Positions 21,389-31,206 are shown, numbered from the stretch's first letter. The stretch: 44,262 nucleotides of DNA from Candidatus Bathyarchaeia archaeon (GCA_038882975.1 JAVZNE010000011.1:1-44262), one strand, 5' to 3'. Notes: generated by a model from the sequence alone, not told the origin. Made by a program: numbers and translations.

Positions 21389-23521
21389 TCACGCGCTGCC
21401 TGCCGGCACTGTTGCTGGTGGCAAGACAGCGGCTTTCTCAAAGGTTTTGCGGATGGTGAATTCCGCCTGTTTCCCATCGTTCCACTGGTCTACTGGGCGC
21501 AGGTAGCCAACAACCCTTGAGTAAACTTCGCAGTTGGCTCCACATTTTGGACACTGCTTGTGCTCGCCGCTTAAGTAGCCGTGGGTTGGGCAGACGCTGA
21601 AGGTTGGCGTCAACGTGAAGTATGGTAGGCGGAAGTTCCAAGCCACCTTACGCACAAGCTCGGCTGCAGCCTTCCATGAGTAGAGCCTCTCGCCAAGGTA
21701 GATGTGGAAGACTGTTCCGCCAGTGTAGAGCGTCTGAAGCCTATCCTGATGCTCTAAAGCCTCGAACAAGTCTGCCTCGTGGTCTACTGGAAGCTGGGAG
21801 GAATTCGTATAAAAGGGCTCCGCGCCCTTAGCCAAATACCTTTCATTAGCCACCTTAATGTCTGGGTATTTGCGCTTATCTATGCGTGCTAGGCGGTAGC
21901 TGGCGCCTTCTGCGGGTGTTGCCTCCAAATTGTAGATGTTGCCCGTCTCCTCCTGAAAGTCTGCAAGTTTCTCCCTCATGAAGTTCAGCACTTTAACGGC
22001 GAACTCCAGCCCGTCTGGTGTTGCGATACCATAGCCAAACAGGTTCAGTATAGCCTCATTCATGCCCACCAAGCCTATGGTTGAGAAGTGGTTCTTCCAG
22101 TACTTTCCAAAGGTTTCCTTAACACCCCTGAGATAGCGTCTAGAATATGGGTACAAGCCCTTCTCTGTGAACTGTTCTAAGGCTTTACGCTTTATTTCTA
22201 GGCTGTCTTTGGCTAGCTCCATAAGCGCTTCTAGGCGCTCGAAGAATTCGTCCTCGTTTTTGGCTAAGTAGCCAATCCTTGGAAGGTTTAGGGTTACAAC
22301 GCCTATGCTGCCGGTCAGCGGGTTAGCCCCAAAGAAGCCTCCGCCCCGCTTTCTGAGTTCGCGGTTATCTATGCGTAGGCGGCAGCACATGCTTCTGACA
22401 TCTTCCGGCTTCATGTCACTGTTGACAAAGTTTGAGAAGTATGGCGCCCCATACTTGGCTGCCACCTCAAAAATTTTCTGGGAAACCGGCGAATCCCAGT
22501 CAAAATCTTTCGTTATGCAGTAAGTCGGTATTGGAAAAGTGAAAACTCTTCCTTTGGCGTCGCCTTCGCCGAGAACCTTTGCAAAAGCAGTGTTGAACAT
22601 CTCCATCTCCTTCTCCATGTCGCCGTAATTGGCGTCCATAACTTTCCCGCCAATTATGACTGGCTCATCACGCATGAATTCTGGAACCTTCAAATCCAAC
22701 GTGACATTTGTGAACGGTGTCTGGAAGCCTACCCGCGTTGGCACGTTCATATTGAAGAAGAACTCCTGAAGCGACTGCTCCACCTCTTTCTGGCTTAGCC
22801 CATCATAGCGTATAAAGGGCGCCAGGTATGTATCAAAGTTTGAGAAGGCTTGTGCCCCGGCGGCTTCACCCTGCAGCGTATAGAAGAAGTTTACCACTTG
22901 CCCCAAGGCTGTTCTGAAGTGCTTTGCTGGGACGCTTTCGATTTTTCCCGGAACGCCGCCGAAGCCTGTTAAAAGTAGGTCTTTGATGTCCCAGCCTACG
23001 CAGTAGGGTCCGAGAACGCCTAGGTCGTGGATGTGGAAGTCTCCTGAAAAGTGGGCGTCTGCGATGTTTGGCGGATAAATCCGCGTAATCCAGTATTTGG
23101 CGATAACGGTTGATGACAGATAGTTGTTTAAACCTTGCAGCGAATAGCTCATGTTGGAGTTTTCCTTAACCCTCCAATCTTCCATGTCAAGATACTGGTC
23201 CACAAGGTCTGCTTGGCTTAGGAGTCCAGCCAACTCCCTTATGTCTTGGTGCTGTTTACGATAGAGGATGTAAGCCTTAGCTGTTCTTGCATGCCCATTC
23301 TCTATGAGAATTTTTTCCACAACGTCTTGGATTTCCTCAACCGTTGGGACGCCGTCCTCGCCGAAGCGCCTTTTAAGCTCAGCCACAACCTGGTCGCTTA
23401 GCCGTTTTGCTAGTTCGCGGTCTTTTCCGCCTACGGCTTTGGCTGCCTTCCAAATGGCATTTGTTATCCTCTCTTGGTCGAAGGGTTCTAACCTACCATC
23501 CCGCTTCCTAACAAACTTCAT
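21389..23521 (-). CDS. nrdD: Class III anaerobic ribonucleoside-triphosphate reductase with an ATP cone
   Basis: VRKRDG ATP cone, RSMCCRL finger loop, EATPAEG, CxxH-CxxC zinc site, YSRVVGYLRP glycyl-radical motif. Confidence 0.96.
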   Translation of the reverse strand: MKFVRKRDGRLEPFDQERITNAIWKAAKAVGGKDRELAKRLSDQVVAELKRRFGEDGVPTVEEIQDVVEKILIENGHARTAKAYILYRKQHQDIRELAGLLSQADLVDQYLDMEDWRVKENSNMSYSLQGLNNYLSSTVIAKYWITRIYPPNIADAHFSGDFHIHDLGVLGPYCVGWDIKDLLLTGFGGVPGKIESVPAKHFRTALGQVVNFFYTLQGEAAGAQAFSNFDTYLAPFIRYDGLSQKEVEQSLQEFFFNMNVPTRVGFQTPFTNVTLDLKVPEFMRDEPVIIGGKVMDANYGDMEKEMEMFNTAFAKVLGEGDAKGRVFTFPIPTYCITKDFDWDSPVSQKIFEVAAKYGAPYFSNFVNSDMKPEDVRSMCCRLRIDNRELRKRGGGFFGANPLTGSIGVVTLNLPRIGYLAKNEDEFFERLEALMELAKDSLEIKRKALEQFTEKGLYPYSRRYLRGVKETFGKYWKNHFSTIGLVGMNEAILNLFGYGIATPDGLEFAVKVLNFMREKLADFQEETGNIYNLEATPAEGASYRLARIDKRKYPDIKVANERYLAKGAEPFYTNSSQLPVDHEADLFEALEHQDRLQTLYTGGTVFHIYLGERLYSWKAAAELVRKVAWNFRLPYFTLTPTFSVCPTHGYLSGEHKQCPKCGANCEVYSRVVGYLRPVDQWNDGKQAEFTIRKTFEKAAVLPPATVPAGSA

Positions 23522-23526
23522 TTAGT

Positions 23527-23970
23527 TCACCTAACCTCTTGAAGCACGCGACGGAAGTCCTCCGGCTCCTCAAATCTGCGGTAAACAGACGCGAAACGAA
23601 CGTAGGCCACTCGGTCAAGGCTTTTCAAGTGCCTCATCACCAAGTCGCCAATTTCTTGTGATGTGACTTCGTCCTTGCCCATAGCCATCAGTTCCTGCCT
23701 AACTTTTTCGGCTAAGGCGTGGATTTGCTCCATTGAGACTGGTCTTTTTTCGCAAGCTTTTTGTAAGCCCCTAACGATTTTGTTTAGGTCGAAGCGTTCA
23801 AGTCTACCGTCACGTTTCCGCACCATCAACTCTATGGTTTCAATGTATTCGTAGGTTGTGAAACGCTTCCCACAGTTGACGCATTCCTTTCGCCTTCTTA
23901 TGGTGTTGTCTGGCGAGTCGCGTGTTTCAAGGGTTTTTATGTTCTCCGAGCCGCAGTAGGGACACTTCAT
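23527..23970 (-). CDS. nrdR: Transcriptional repressor NrdR
   Basis: MKCPYCG...RRRKECVNCGKRFTTYE Zn ribbon, ATP cone, AYVRFASVYRRF. Confidence 0.96.
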   Translation of the reverse strand: MKCPYCGSENIKTLETRDSPDNTIRRRKECVNCGKRFTTYEYIETIELMVRKRDGRLERFDLNKIVRGLQKACEKRPVSMEQIHALAEKVRQELMAMGKDEVTSQEIGDLVMRHLKSLDRVAYVRFASVYRRFEEPEDFRRVLQEVR

Positions 23971-23987
23971 AGCGCTTCCGTCACGTG

Positions 23988-24003
23988 CTTCAATATATAG
24001 TGT
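23988..24003 (-). promoter_or_regulatory. NrdR box (gene-proximal)
   Basis: Minus strand reads ACACTATATATTGAAG, matching the consensus acaCwAtATaTwGtgt. Confidence 0.8.
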
Positions 24004-24020
24004 TTAATTTTTATTTCCAT

Positions 24021-24036
24021 GCACTAAATGTAGTGT
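24021..24036 (-). promoter_or_regulatory. NrdR box (TATA-proximal)
   Basis: Minus strand reads ACACTACATTTAGTGC, 33 bp from the first box and just downstream of a TTTAAAAA TATA-like element at 24047-24040. Confidence 0.75.
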
Positions 24037-24333
24037 GGCTTTTTAAACTTTATGCAACAAAAATGTAAACACTCGCCCAAATCAGAGCCATCAAATAACA
24101 AAATTCAGTGCTAATTAAATAGGGGACAGCCAAAATTTTCAAGCATTTTGGAGGCGTCGTCAACCGAATAGAAATCACAATTTTAAAAGACTTTATTTTA
24201 GGGGTACTCCACCTTTAAAGGGGAGAATTTTTCCCGTTAAAGAGCGTAAAAGCTAAAAAATTTTAAATATAGAAAATCTATGCTGAGCCTTGGTAATGTT
24301 TATTTCCGGCTTTGCGTCTTGTCAAGAACTGTT

Positions 24334-25236
24334 ATGGATTTGAAAATTGTGGCTTTCACGCGTGAAGACGCCGCTAGCCTAGTTATGCTGCTTAATGAGG
24401 AGTATGCCAACTCCTACGAATTTATCCCATACACTGTTGAGAAACTTCTAAAAGAGATTGAGGAGCGAAACCTAACGGTTCTTGTTGCAAAAAGGGACAG
24501 CGAAATCTTGGGTTGCATAGCCCTTCACGCGGGGCATCATGGCGAGCACATTGAGTGGCTGACGTCTTCGAAAGGCGTTCACCAGCAAGTTGTTGAAGAA
24601 ATGCTTGTAAGCGAAGTTGAAAAGCGGATTGTTGGCTCAGACCTTTCAGTAAGAGTTGACGCCGACAGCCCTAAAATGAGGTTTTGGATTGAGCGCGGCT
24701 ACAAAGCCGAGGATGGATTCTATCACATGGTTGCAAGATTGGACGGCGTAAAACCATTGCCACCAGTCCCAGAAGGCGCCGTCATCAGAAGCCTAAAACT
24801 CAACGAGGAAAGGGCGCTTATCGAAACTGTTAACACCGGATATGGCTGGGAAAGGCTTAGGGAAGGCTTCATAGCCCAATGGAAAGCCGAACACCCGCCC
24901 TTTGACGAAAGCTGGATTCACATAGCTGAAATAGGCGGCAAAATAGTCTCAGCCGTGGCTTCAAGACCAGACACAGAATACAACAAACATTTCAAAGCCA
25001 GAAGGGGCTACCTTGGACCAGCCGTAACACTGCCAGAATACAGAGGGCGGAATTTGGCTTCGGCTCTAACCCGCCGCGCCATGAACTTCCTATACGAAAA
25101 GGGAATGGACTCTGTGGCACTCCACACAGCCGAGAAGAACACGCCATCCGTAACCCTTCTGAAAAATTTAGGCTTCGAGGTTAAGCACATTTGGAAGTTT
25201 ATGCACAAAAATATAGTTAAAATAAACACGTTTTGA
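24334..25236 (+). CDS. Tandem GNAT-family N-acetyltransferase
   Basis: C-terminal VTLPEYRGRNLASAL acetyl-CoA motif and N..S..L.KNLGF; degenerate N-terminal GNAT domain (FWIERGY). Confidence 0.85.
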   Translation: MDLKIVAFTREDAASLVMLLNEEYANSYEFIPYTVEKLLKEIEERNLTVLVAKRDSEILGCIALHAGHHGEHIEWLTSSKGVHQQVVEEMLVSEVEKRIVGSDLSVRVDADSPKMRFWIERGYKAEDGFYHMVARLDGVKPLPPVPEGAVIRSLKLNEERALIETVNTGYGWERLREGFIAQWKAEHPPFDESWIHIAEIGGKIVSAVASRPDTEYNKHFKARRGYLGPAVTLPEYRGRNLASALTRRAMNFLYEKGMDSVALHTAEKNTPSVTLLKNLGFEVKHIWKFMHKNIVKINTF

Positions 25237-25274
25237 AAGGGTAAGAATGAAAAATCTGAAAATACTGGAAAATT

Positions 25275-25742
25275 TTATGGGCGCTTCTGGACTGTCTTCT
25301 CAGCCTCCAACTCCTTCACCCTTGTTTCAATGAACTCCGCAACCTTTTCTTGACTATAGCGCTTCTCCTCCTCATACTTTCTAAGCTGCTCCTTGATGGT
25401 GGCTAGAACCTTGTCCATGTCAAAGGGCTTTAGTATGTAGGCGTCTGCACCGCGGTTGACGGCTTCTATGGCATTCTGCAGTGTCGGATAACCAGTTATA
25501 ATTATTTTCCTCATTTTTGGCACCGTGTCCTTCATCTTTGTTAGAAGTTCTATGCCCTCCATGTCCGGCAAACGGATGTCTATCAGGGCTAGGTTGTAGA
25601 CTTTTCGCTTGGTCTTCTCTATGGCTTTCTTAGCGTTTTCAGCTTCGTCAACAGCGTAGCCCTCCTCCTCCAGTATGGTTGTTAAGACTTTTCTTATGTT
25701 TTCGTCGTCGTCAACAACGAGGATTCTTGCGTTTTCAACCAT
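25275..25742 (-). CDS. Response regulator (receiver domain with a short helical tail)
   Basis: ILVVDDD, LIDIRLPDMEG, IITG, YILKPF. Confidence 0.93.
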   Translation of the reverse strand: MVENARILVVDDDENIRKVLTTILEEEGYAVDEAENAKKAIEKTKRKVYNLALIDIRLPDMEGIELLTKMKDTVPKMRKIIITGYPTLQNAIEAVNRGADAYILKPFDMDKVLATIKEQLRKYEEEKRYSQEKVAEFIETRVKELEAEKTVQKRP

Positions 25743-28700
25743 ATTTTTTCACCTCCCTCTTCTTTTATTTCGGGTTCTATTGGAAGGATTACCGTGAAGG
25801 TTGAACCCTTTCCTAAGACACTTTCAACTTTTATGGTGCCCCCGTGGGCTTCAACAAAGCGTTTGCATATGGATAAGCCGAAACCCATACCCTTCGCCTT
25901 CGTGGTGAACAGCGGAGTCCAAAGCTTCTTCATGGTTTCCTTTGATATGCCAACCCCCGTGTCACCCACTACAAACTCGACGTTAGCGCCTCTCTTCCTA
26001 CACTTTATTGTTAGGGTTCCACCCTTAGGCATGGCGTCAACAGCATTCCTAATTAAATTCACGAGGACGCGCTTAACCTTCTCAAAGTCAGCCCTTATCC
26101 TAGGAGCTTTGCGAACAACCTTCACCACATGAATGTTGCTTGGAATTTCAACAGAGGCTAGAGCATCTTCCACCAAAGTCTTAGGAGTTGTCTCAGTTAT
26201 GTCAAGCTTTATTTCCCTCGAATAATCCAAAAGGTCATTTATTATCTTGTTGGAATAGCCAATATTCTTCTCTATAAGGTTGAGCATCTCCATAACCTTC
26301 CCATCTATTGTCCGGTTTAGCCTCCTCTTGAGATAGTATGTGGCGCCAGCTATGCTTGTCAAAGGATTGCGTAAGTCATGTCCCACCATCCCAGCCAACT
26401 CGCCTATGACGGCCAGCCTCTGAGCCCTAAGCAGCCTGTCCTGTATTTCCCTCAGCTCCTTTGTTCTCTCTTCCACTTTTTCTTCAAGCTGGTCAGCGTA
26501 TACTTGAAGCTCCCTTCTGGCTTTCTCAAGGCTTTCCATAAGCTCGGCATTCTCAATGGTTATAGCCGCTTGATGGAGGAAAAGCTCCAGCGGCATTAGG
26601 GATTCCCTTGTTGGCTTGCGCCCATCAACAGGGTCGTCCATGCTTAAAATTCCAACTATTTTGCCTTCGGGCGTGCGTAATGGAGCGTAAAGCATGTCCT
26701 GCGGGTGCCAGTCCACCATGTTCTCCTCGGACAAGCGGCTTGGAACAGCTGTATAGATGTGCTTTTCCGCCTCGCCCAGCGGGATTTCTGGTGGGATGTG
26801 GAAGAAGTGCTCCCTAATCCACGGGTCCCTCCAAGGTATATAATAGAACTCGCCAATCTTGTACTTCTCAAACTTTGAACCTAGGCGTTCTCTCCAAACA
26901 TGCCCCGGAGCCCTTCTTTCTTTAAGAAGTTTTATCTCATCCCTTGTTAGACCTACCGTGATGAGCTCTTTTCGTTCTAGGTTTTCATCCACACGCCCAA
27001 TAACCACTCTTCTCCAGCCAAACCGTTGTATTGTCCTAGCTATTTCCTTAAGCCTCTTACGAGTATCTTTGATAGTCATTATTTTTGTGGAGCTTCTCAT
27101 CAAGTGTTCAAGCTTTTCCGAAAGTTTTTCAAGGTTCTCTCTTCTCTCTATATTGCTTAATGCTATCGCAACGTGGGAAGCCAGTATTTCAAGAAGCCTC
27201 TTATCTTCCTCGTCGAAGGCTGCCAACTTTTCGCTTTCAACGTTTAATACGCCTAAAACACGATTACCAATTTTTATTGGCACTGCAAGTTCAGATAGTA
27301 CTCCCTTTATTCCCGCGTCAACGTAGGCTTTCTCCTTTCTGACGTCTGGAACATAAACTGTCTTACCAGTTTTTGCCGCTATAACTGTTATGCCTTTATC
27401 CCCATCTAACGAGAGCGTCAGTTTTGGCGTGAAACTTAATCCCCTTGTTTTCAAAAGCTTAAGCTTTTTGCCGACAACCAGGAAAAAGTCAACATATTTG
27501 AATTCCAGAATTCTATGCATTGCCTCCAAAGTTTTTGTGCATACTTCTTCTACACTTTTTGCTCTGTTTAAAGTGCGACCATAAGCGTTTAGTGCAGAGA
27601 GTTTCTCCCTTCTTCTAAGGTTGCTTATCGCTATAGCCACGTGAGAGGCTAATATTTCAAGAAGCTTTTTATCTTCCTCGTCGAAGGCTGCCAGTTTGCT
27701 GCTTTCAACATTTAAAACTCCTAAAACCTTCCTTCCTATCTTCATGGGCGTTGCAAGCTCTGAAAGGGTTTCTACGCCGCCTTTTACATAGGCTTTCTCC
27801 CTTCTAATATCTGGAACAATTATTGACTTCCCAGTTTTAACCGCCTTGACGGTTACGCCCCTTTCACTGTCAAGTGGTAGTTTAAGGGAGGCGACCTCTG
27901 AATATCCTCTATGGGCTACCATCTTCAAGAAGTTTTCTTCCACCATGAAGATTGAGGCATATTCAAAACCTAGGGTTTTCTCCATTACGTCTAAAGCTAG
28001 TCGATAAATTTCCTTGATGGACTTTGCATCATTAAGCCTTTTAGCATAAGTGTTCAGCTCTGAAAGCCTCTTCTCGAAAAGTCTTCTTTCCTCTTCAAGC
28101 TTAACACGTTCTGTTATGTCAAGCACTTGAGCTATTGTCCTCATCTCGCTTTTGGCATCCCTTAACGTTACGGCTCTAACTTCGATTTTCCTTTCCGCGC
28201 CATCTTTCCTAACGATTTTTAGCATGTACTCTGAGAGAACCTTCCCCTCATTTTCATGCTGTCTCGCCTGTACACAAAGCTTCTTAGTCGTGAAGTGTTT
28301 TTTGAACTCATCTGTTAGGAATTTTCTGAAATCCTGTCCGACTATCTCCTCTTTTGGGTATCCGAGAATGTTGGAAAGCTCATCATTGGCGTAAGTAATC
28401 TTGTAACTTCCATCTATTATTGCTATGCCGTCGTGTGAGTTTTCAACAATTGAGCGGAAGAGCTCCTCTCTCTCCATCAGCTTCTCTTCAATAAGTTTGT
28501 GCTCTGTTATGTCTCTGCTCACGCCAATTAAGCCAGCAATGTTTCCGTTTCTATCTCGAATTGGAACCTTAATTGTGTCGAAAATCTTCCTGTTGCCTTT
28601 CTCGTCAACTGTTTGCTCTTCCACGCGGACGGCAATGCCTCTGCTAAGTACTTCCTCGTCGCTTTTCCTGCAATGGGCAGCCAAATCCTGCGGTAAAAGC

Positions 28701-29614
28701 TCTTCGTCCCTTTTTCCAATGATATCCTCTTTTTTCAAGCCTACAAGCTTTTCGAAGGCGCTGTTCACAATTAGGTTTCGCCTTTCAGCATCCTTGAAAT
28801 AAACGATGTCTGGGATCGCCTGAATCAAAGTGTGAAGGGTTGATGTTATTCTCTGAAGATTCTCTTCGTAGGCTTTGCGGCTTGTCACGTCTCTGGCTAT
28901 GCCTAGCTCACCAACAATCCTTCCATCCTCAATTAAGGGCACACTTATGAATTCGCCAACTAAATATTCGCCGGACTTTGAACGGACACGAAGTTCCACC
29001 ACTTCCGGCTTGCCAGCAAGAGTTTTCTGGAAGGATTCCACAGCCCTTTCAAGGTCTTCTGGATGCATAAGCTCGGTGAAGGGTTTTCCAATCCACTCTT
29101 CACATTTCCAACCGGTGATCTTCTCAAAGGCTGGATTAAGCGAAATAATTCTCCCATCCGATGAAACACTGTAAATAACATCTGGGGCAGCCTCAACAAG
29201 GGTACGGTACTGCCTTTCACTTTCAACCAAAGCTCTCTCCATTCTCTTATGCGCGGTCACATCAACGGCAATCTCGAATCGGACATATTTGTTTCCAGGC
29301 CAGCTTATGGCTTTGTCTATACACTTGTACCATTGATTCCTCTTCCTGCAGTGGTACTCCCACATGTGAGTTTTTCCAAGGTTTTCTCCAAAAATGTACT
29401 TGTTAGTGCAGAAAGGGCATGGACTTTTGGCGCCATGAATAACCTCGTAACATTTTCTGCCTGCAACTTCGCCGCCGAGAACCTCTTTAAACTTGTCATT
29501 TGCGAAGAGTATCTCGTATGTTTCAGGGTCAGCCACATAGACAAGATCTTCTAAACCATCAAATAACGCGTGAAGCCTTTCCAAGACATGGGCTACGTTT
29601 TTGTTATTCTCCAT
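25694..29614 (-). CDS. Cytoplasmic sensor histidine kinase, 4xPAS-3xGAF-HisKA-HATPase
   Basis: Repeated PAS units (N.AFEK.TG, ARDVT/SRDIT/DITE), GAF units (GVLNVES..LAAFDEED), H-box GHDLRNPL, N-box NLIRNAVDAM, DTGVGI, GMGFGL; no TM helix. Confidence 0.93.
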   Translation of the reverse strand: MENNKNVAHVLERLHALFDGLEDLVYVADPETYEILFANDKFKEVLGGEVAGRKCYEVIHGAKSPCPFCTNKYIFGENLGKTHMWEYHCRKRNQWYKCIDKAISWPGNKYVRFEIAVDVTAHKRMERALVESERQYRTLVEAAPDVIYSVSSDGRIISLNPAFEKITGWKCEEWIGKPFTELMHPEDLERAVESFQKTLAGKPEVVELRVRSKSGEYLVGEFISVPLIEDGRIVGELGIARDVTSRKAYEENLQRITSTLHTLIQAIPDIVYFKDAERRNLIVNSAFEKLVGLKKEDIIGKRDEELLPQDLAAHCRKSDEEVLSRGIAVRVEEQTVDEKGNRKIFDTIKVPIRDRNGNIAGLIGVSRDITEHKLIEEKLMEREELFRSIVENSHDGIAIIDGSYKITYANDELSNILGYPKEEIVGQDFRKFLTDEFKKHFTTKKLCVQARQHENEGKVLSEYMLKIVRKDGAERKIEVRAVTLRDAKSEMRTIAQVLDITERVKLEEERRLFEKRLSELNTYAKRLNDAKSIKEIYRLALDVMEKTLGFEYASIFMVEENFLKMVAHRGYSEVASLKLPLDSERGVTVKAVKTGKSIIVPDIRREKAYVKGGVETLSELATPMKIGRKVLGVLNVESSKLAAFDEEDKKLLEILASHVAIAISNLRRREKLSALNAYGRTLNRAKSVEEVCTKTLEAMHRILEFKYVDFFLVVGKKLKLLKTRGLSFTPKLTLSLDGDKGITVIAAKTGKTVYVPDVRKEKAYVDAGIKGVLSELAVPIKIGNRVLGVLNVESEKLAAFDEEDKRLLEILASHVAIALSNIERRENLEKLSEKLEHLMRSSTKIMTIKDTRKRLKEIARTIQRFGWRRVVIGRVDENLERKELITVGLTRDEIKLLKERRAPGHVWRERLGSKFEKYKIGEFYYIPWRDPWIREHFFHIPPEIPLGEAEKHIYTAVPSRLSEENMVDWHPQDMLYAPLRTPEGKIVGILSMDDPVDGRKPTRESLMPLELFLHQAAITIENAELMESLEKARRELQVYADQLEEKVEERTKELREIQDRLLRAQRLAVIGELAGMVGHDLRNPLTSIAGATYYLKRRLNRTIDGKVMEMLNLIEKNIGYSNKIINDLLDYSREIKLDITETTPKTLVEDALASVEIPSNIHVVKVVRKAPRIRADFEKVKRVLVNLIRNAVDAMPKGGTLTIKCRKRGANVEFVVGDTGVGISKETMKKLWTPLFTTKAKGMGFGLSICKRFVEAHGGTIKVESVLGKGSTFTVILPIEPEIKEEGGEKIWLKTQESSLLTTTKT

Positions 29615-29615
29615 T

Positions 29616-29942
29616 TTAGGCATCACCCGAAAAAATCCGCCTTTTCAAACTCTCCACACTATTTATTAGGCTTGGCTGCTGGTTTTCAGGCTCTTCAAAT
29701 TCCAGTTGAAACTTGCCGTAAAGCTTTTTTAGAATAAGCTTTTCTAGGTATGATGCTCCCGGTCCGAAGATTTTTTCCAGAGCCTTTTGGAACTCTGTTA
29801 GGTTCTGCGGGATTTCCTCCCGCTTTATTTTGAAGGTGTTTTCCAAGTGGAATAGGATGGCTTGTTTTGGCGAGTCGCCGAGGGTTGATAGTCCCTCTTC
29901 AACGGCTTCTAAGAATGTCCTTTGGAAGTCTTTTGGGGGCAC
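29616..29942 (-). CDS. DUF3227/NitrOD5-like small helical protein
   Basis: EAVEEGLSTLGDSPKQAILFHLE...F..ALEKIFGPGA..LE; paralog of the next gene. Confidence 0.7.
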   Translation of the reverse strand: MPPKDFQRTFLEAVEEGLSTLGDSPKQAILFHLENTFKIKREEIPQNLTEFQKALEKIFGPGASYLEKLILKKLYGKFQLEFEEPENQQPSLINSVESLKRRIFSGDA

Positions 29943-30048
29943 TGTTATTCGCCTTACAGTATATTAAATCGTAAGATGCATTAAACTTTTTCGAAAAACA
30001 CCATTAAAATCCTTATGAATCCAAAATCAATAACAACACTAAAAGCCT

Positions 30049-30375
30049 TCAACGCTTAGCCTTTTTAAAGCTCTGCTTAGCAGCCTCAACATAATTGACA
30101 AAAACAAACTCTTTTCGCTCGTCCCATTCAAGGGGCTTACCAATGCGGTCATAAAGCTTCCTCATTATCAAAATTTCGAGAAACCGCGCACCTATACCAA
30201 AAATTTTCTCTAGGCCTTCCGCAAAATCCCCTATGCGTTTTGGAATCTCCTTTCTGGGTATTTTGAACTTTTCTTCAAGGTGATAATAAATTGATTGTTT
30301 CGCTGAATCTCCTAGCGAAGCCAGAGCTTCGTCAACAGCTTCCAGCAGGATTTCCTCGAAGCTTTTTTCCGTCAA
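30049..30375 (-). CDS. DUF3227/NitrOD5-like small helical protein
   Basis: EAVDEALASLGDSAKQSIYYHLE...F..GLEKIFGIGA..LE. Confidence 0.7.
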   Translation of the reverse strand: MTEKSFEEILLEAVDEALASLGDSAKQSIYYHLEEKFKIPRKEIPKRIGDFAEGLEKIFGIGARFLEILIMRKLYDRIGKPLEWDERKEFVFVNYVEAAKQSFKKAKR

Positions 30376-30502
30376 CTTTCGCTCCTCTTTTCCTCCTTAA
30401 CTATCTCTTGCGTGTTAGAATAACGGTTTACCACTTTCTTGTTATAAAATTTGTGCAGCGCTTCAATTTTAAATTGTTGATTAAGCCGAATTCGAATCGG
30501 AT

Positions 30503-30682
30503 TTAGGGTTTTGGGGCTTGTTTGCGGACGCGCTCCTTCATTAGGCTCAACTCCTTTGCATAGTCCATCAAAGCCATCCTTAGGGTTTCGCTCTCGCTTG
30601 TGCCAAGCCTTTTTGACAACTCCTCTAGAATCTCCTTTTGCTCAATGCTTAGGACGACTTTGACTATGCGTTTTCTAGGCAT
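30503..30682 (-). CDS. CopG-like ribbon-helix-helix regulator
   Basis: MPRKRIVKVVLS beta strand, then LEELSKRLGTSESETLRMAL. Confidence 0.8.
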   Translation of the reverse strand: MPRKRIVKVVLSIEQKEILEELSKRLGTSESETLRMALMDYAKELSLMKERVRKQAPKP

Positions 30683-30696
30683 TACTTTTGCCTTCG

Positions 30697-30729
30697 GTGT
30701 ATTCTGTATATTTAGTATATCAGAAACAC
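30697..30729. promoter_or_regulatory. Imperfect inverted repeat between divergent RHH genes (putative operator)
   Basis: GTGTATTCTGTATA-TTTAG-TATATCAGAAACAC. Confidence 0.5.
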
Positions 30730-30774
30730 TTAAAAGACTTACTCCACAAAATATCAAAGGGGAGAAGCAATAAA

Positions 30775-31206
30775 ATGAAAACTTTACGCATATCAGACGA
30801 CGTCCACCAGAAACTCACAGCCCTGTTAGGCGAGCTTATGGCCCAAACAAGCAAGATGCAAACATACCAAGACGCCATTGAAGCCATGCTATACCAGTCG
30901 GTGATACTGCCACCTGAACTCCTAAGCGAGGTTGAGCGTTTTATCCAAACCCATAAGGGGAGGGGCTACACCACTAAAGAGGAGTTTATACGCCAAGCAG
31001 TGCGCTTCATGCTGAAATGGGAGTCTGGCGGATACGAGCATGTGGAGGTTCCAAGGGAAGATTATGAAAGGCTTAACAAAGCCTTAAAGGAGATGGACAC
31101 GCCCTACACGAACGCTGAAGACTTCATTTACAAACAGATTCAAAAAGCCCTAGAACAATACGAGGAATGGCAGAAAATGAAAGATGACGTGAGGAAACGA
31201 CCATGA
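30775..31206 (+). CDS. Multi-RHH DNA-binding protein
   Basis: Three RHH-like units: MKTLRISDDVHQKL, SVILPPELLSEVE...YTTKEEFIRQAVR, HVEVPREDYERL...YTNAEDFI. Confidence 0.72.
   Translation: MKTLRISDDVHQKLTALLGELMAQTSKMQTYQDAIEAMLYQSVILPPELLSEVERFIQTHKGRGYTTKEEFIRQAVRFMLKWESGGYEHVEVPREDYERLNKALKEMDTPYTNAEDFIYKQIQKALEQYEEWQKMKDDVRKRP

Noticed and set aside
21389-23521. Intein or intron in nrdD
   Set aside because: Length (710 aa) and motif spacing are normal, and no splice-junction motifs were seen.
24200-24236. Cluster of short palindromes (CCTTTAAAGG, GGGAGAATTTTTCCC) upstream of the GNAT gene
   Set aside because: Short, dissimilar to one another and plausible by chance in an AT-rich spacer.
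25794-29554. Many 60-155 aa ORFs overlapping the kinase, and similar shadow ORFs across the window
   Set aside because: They are antisense or alternate-frame shadows of well-supported genes and have no recognisable motifs.
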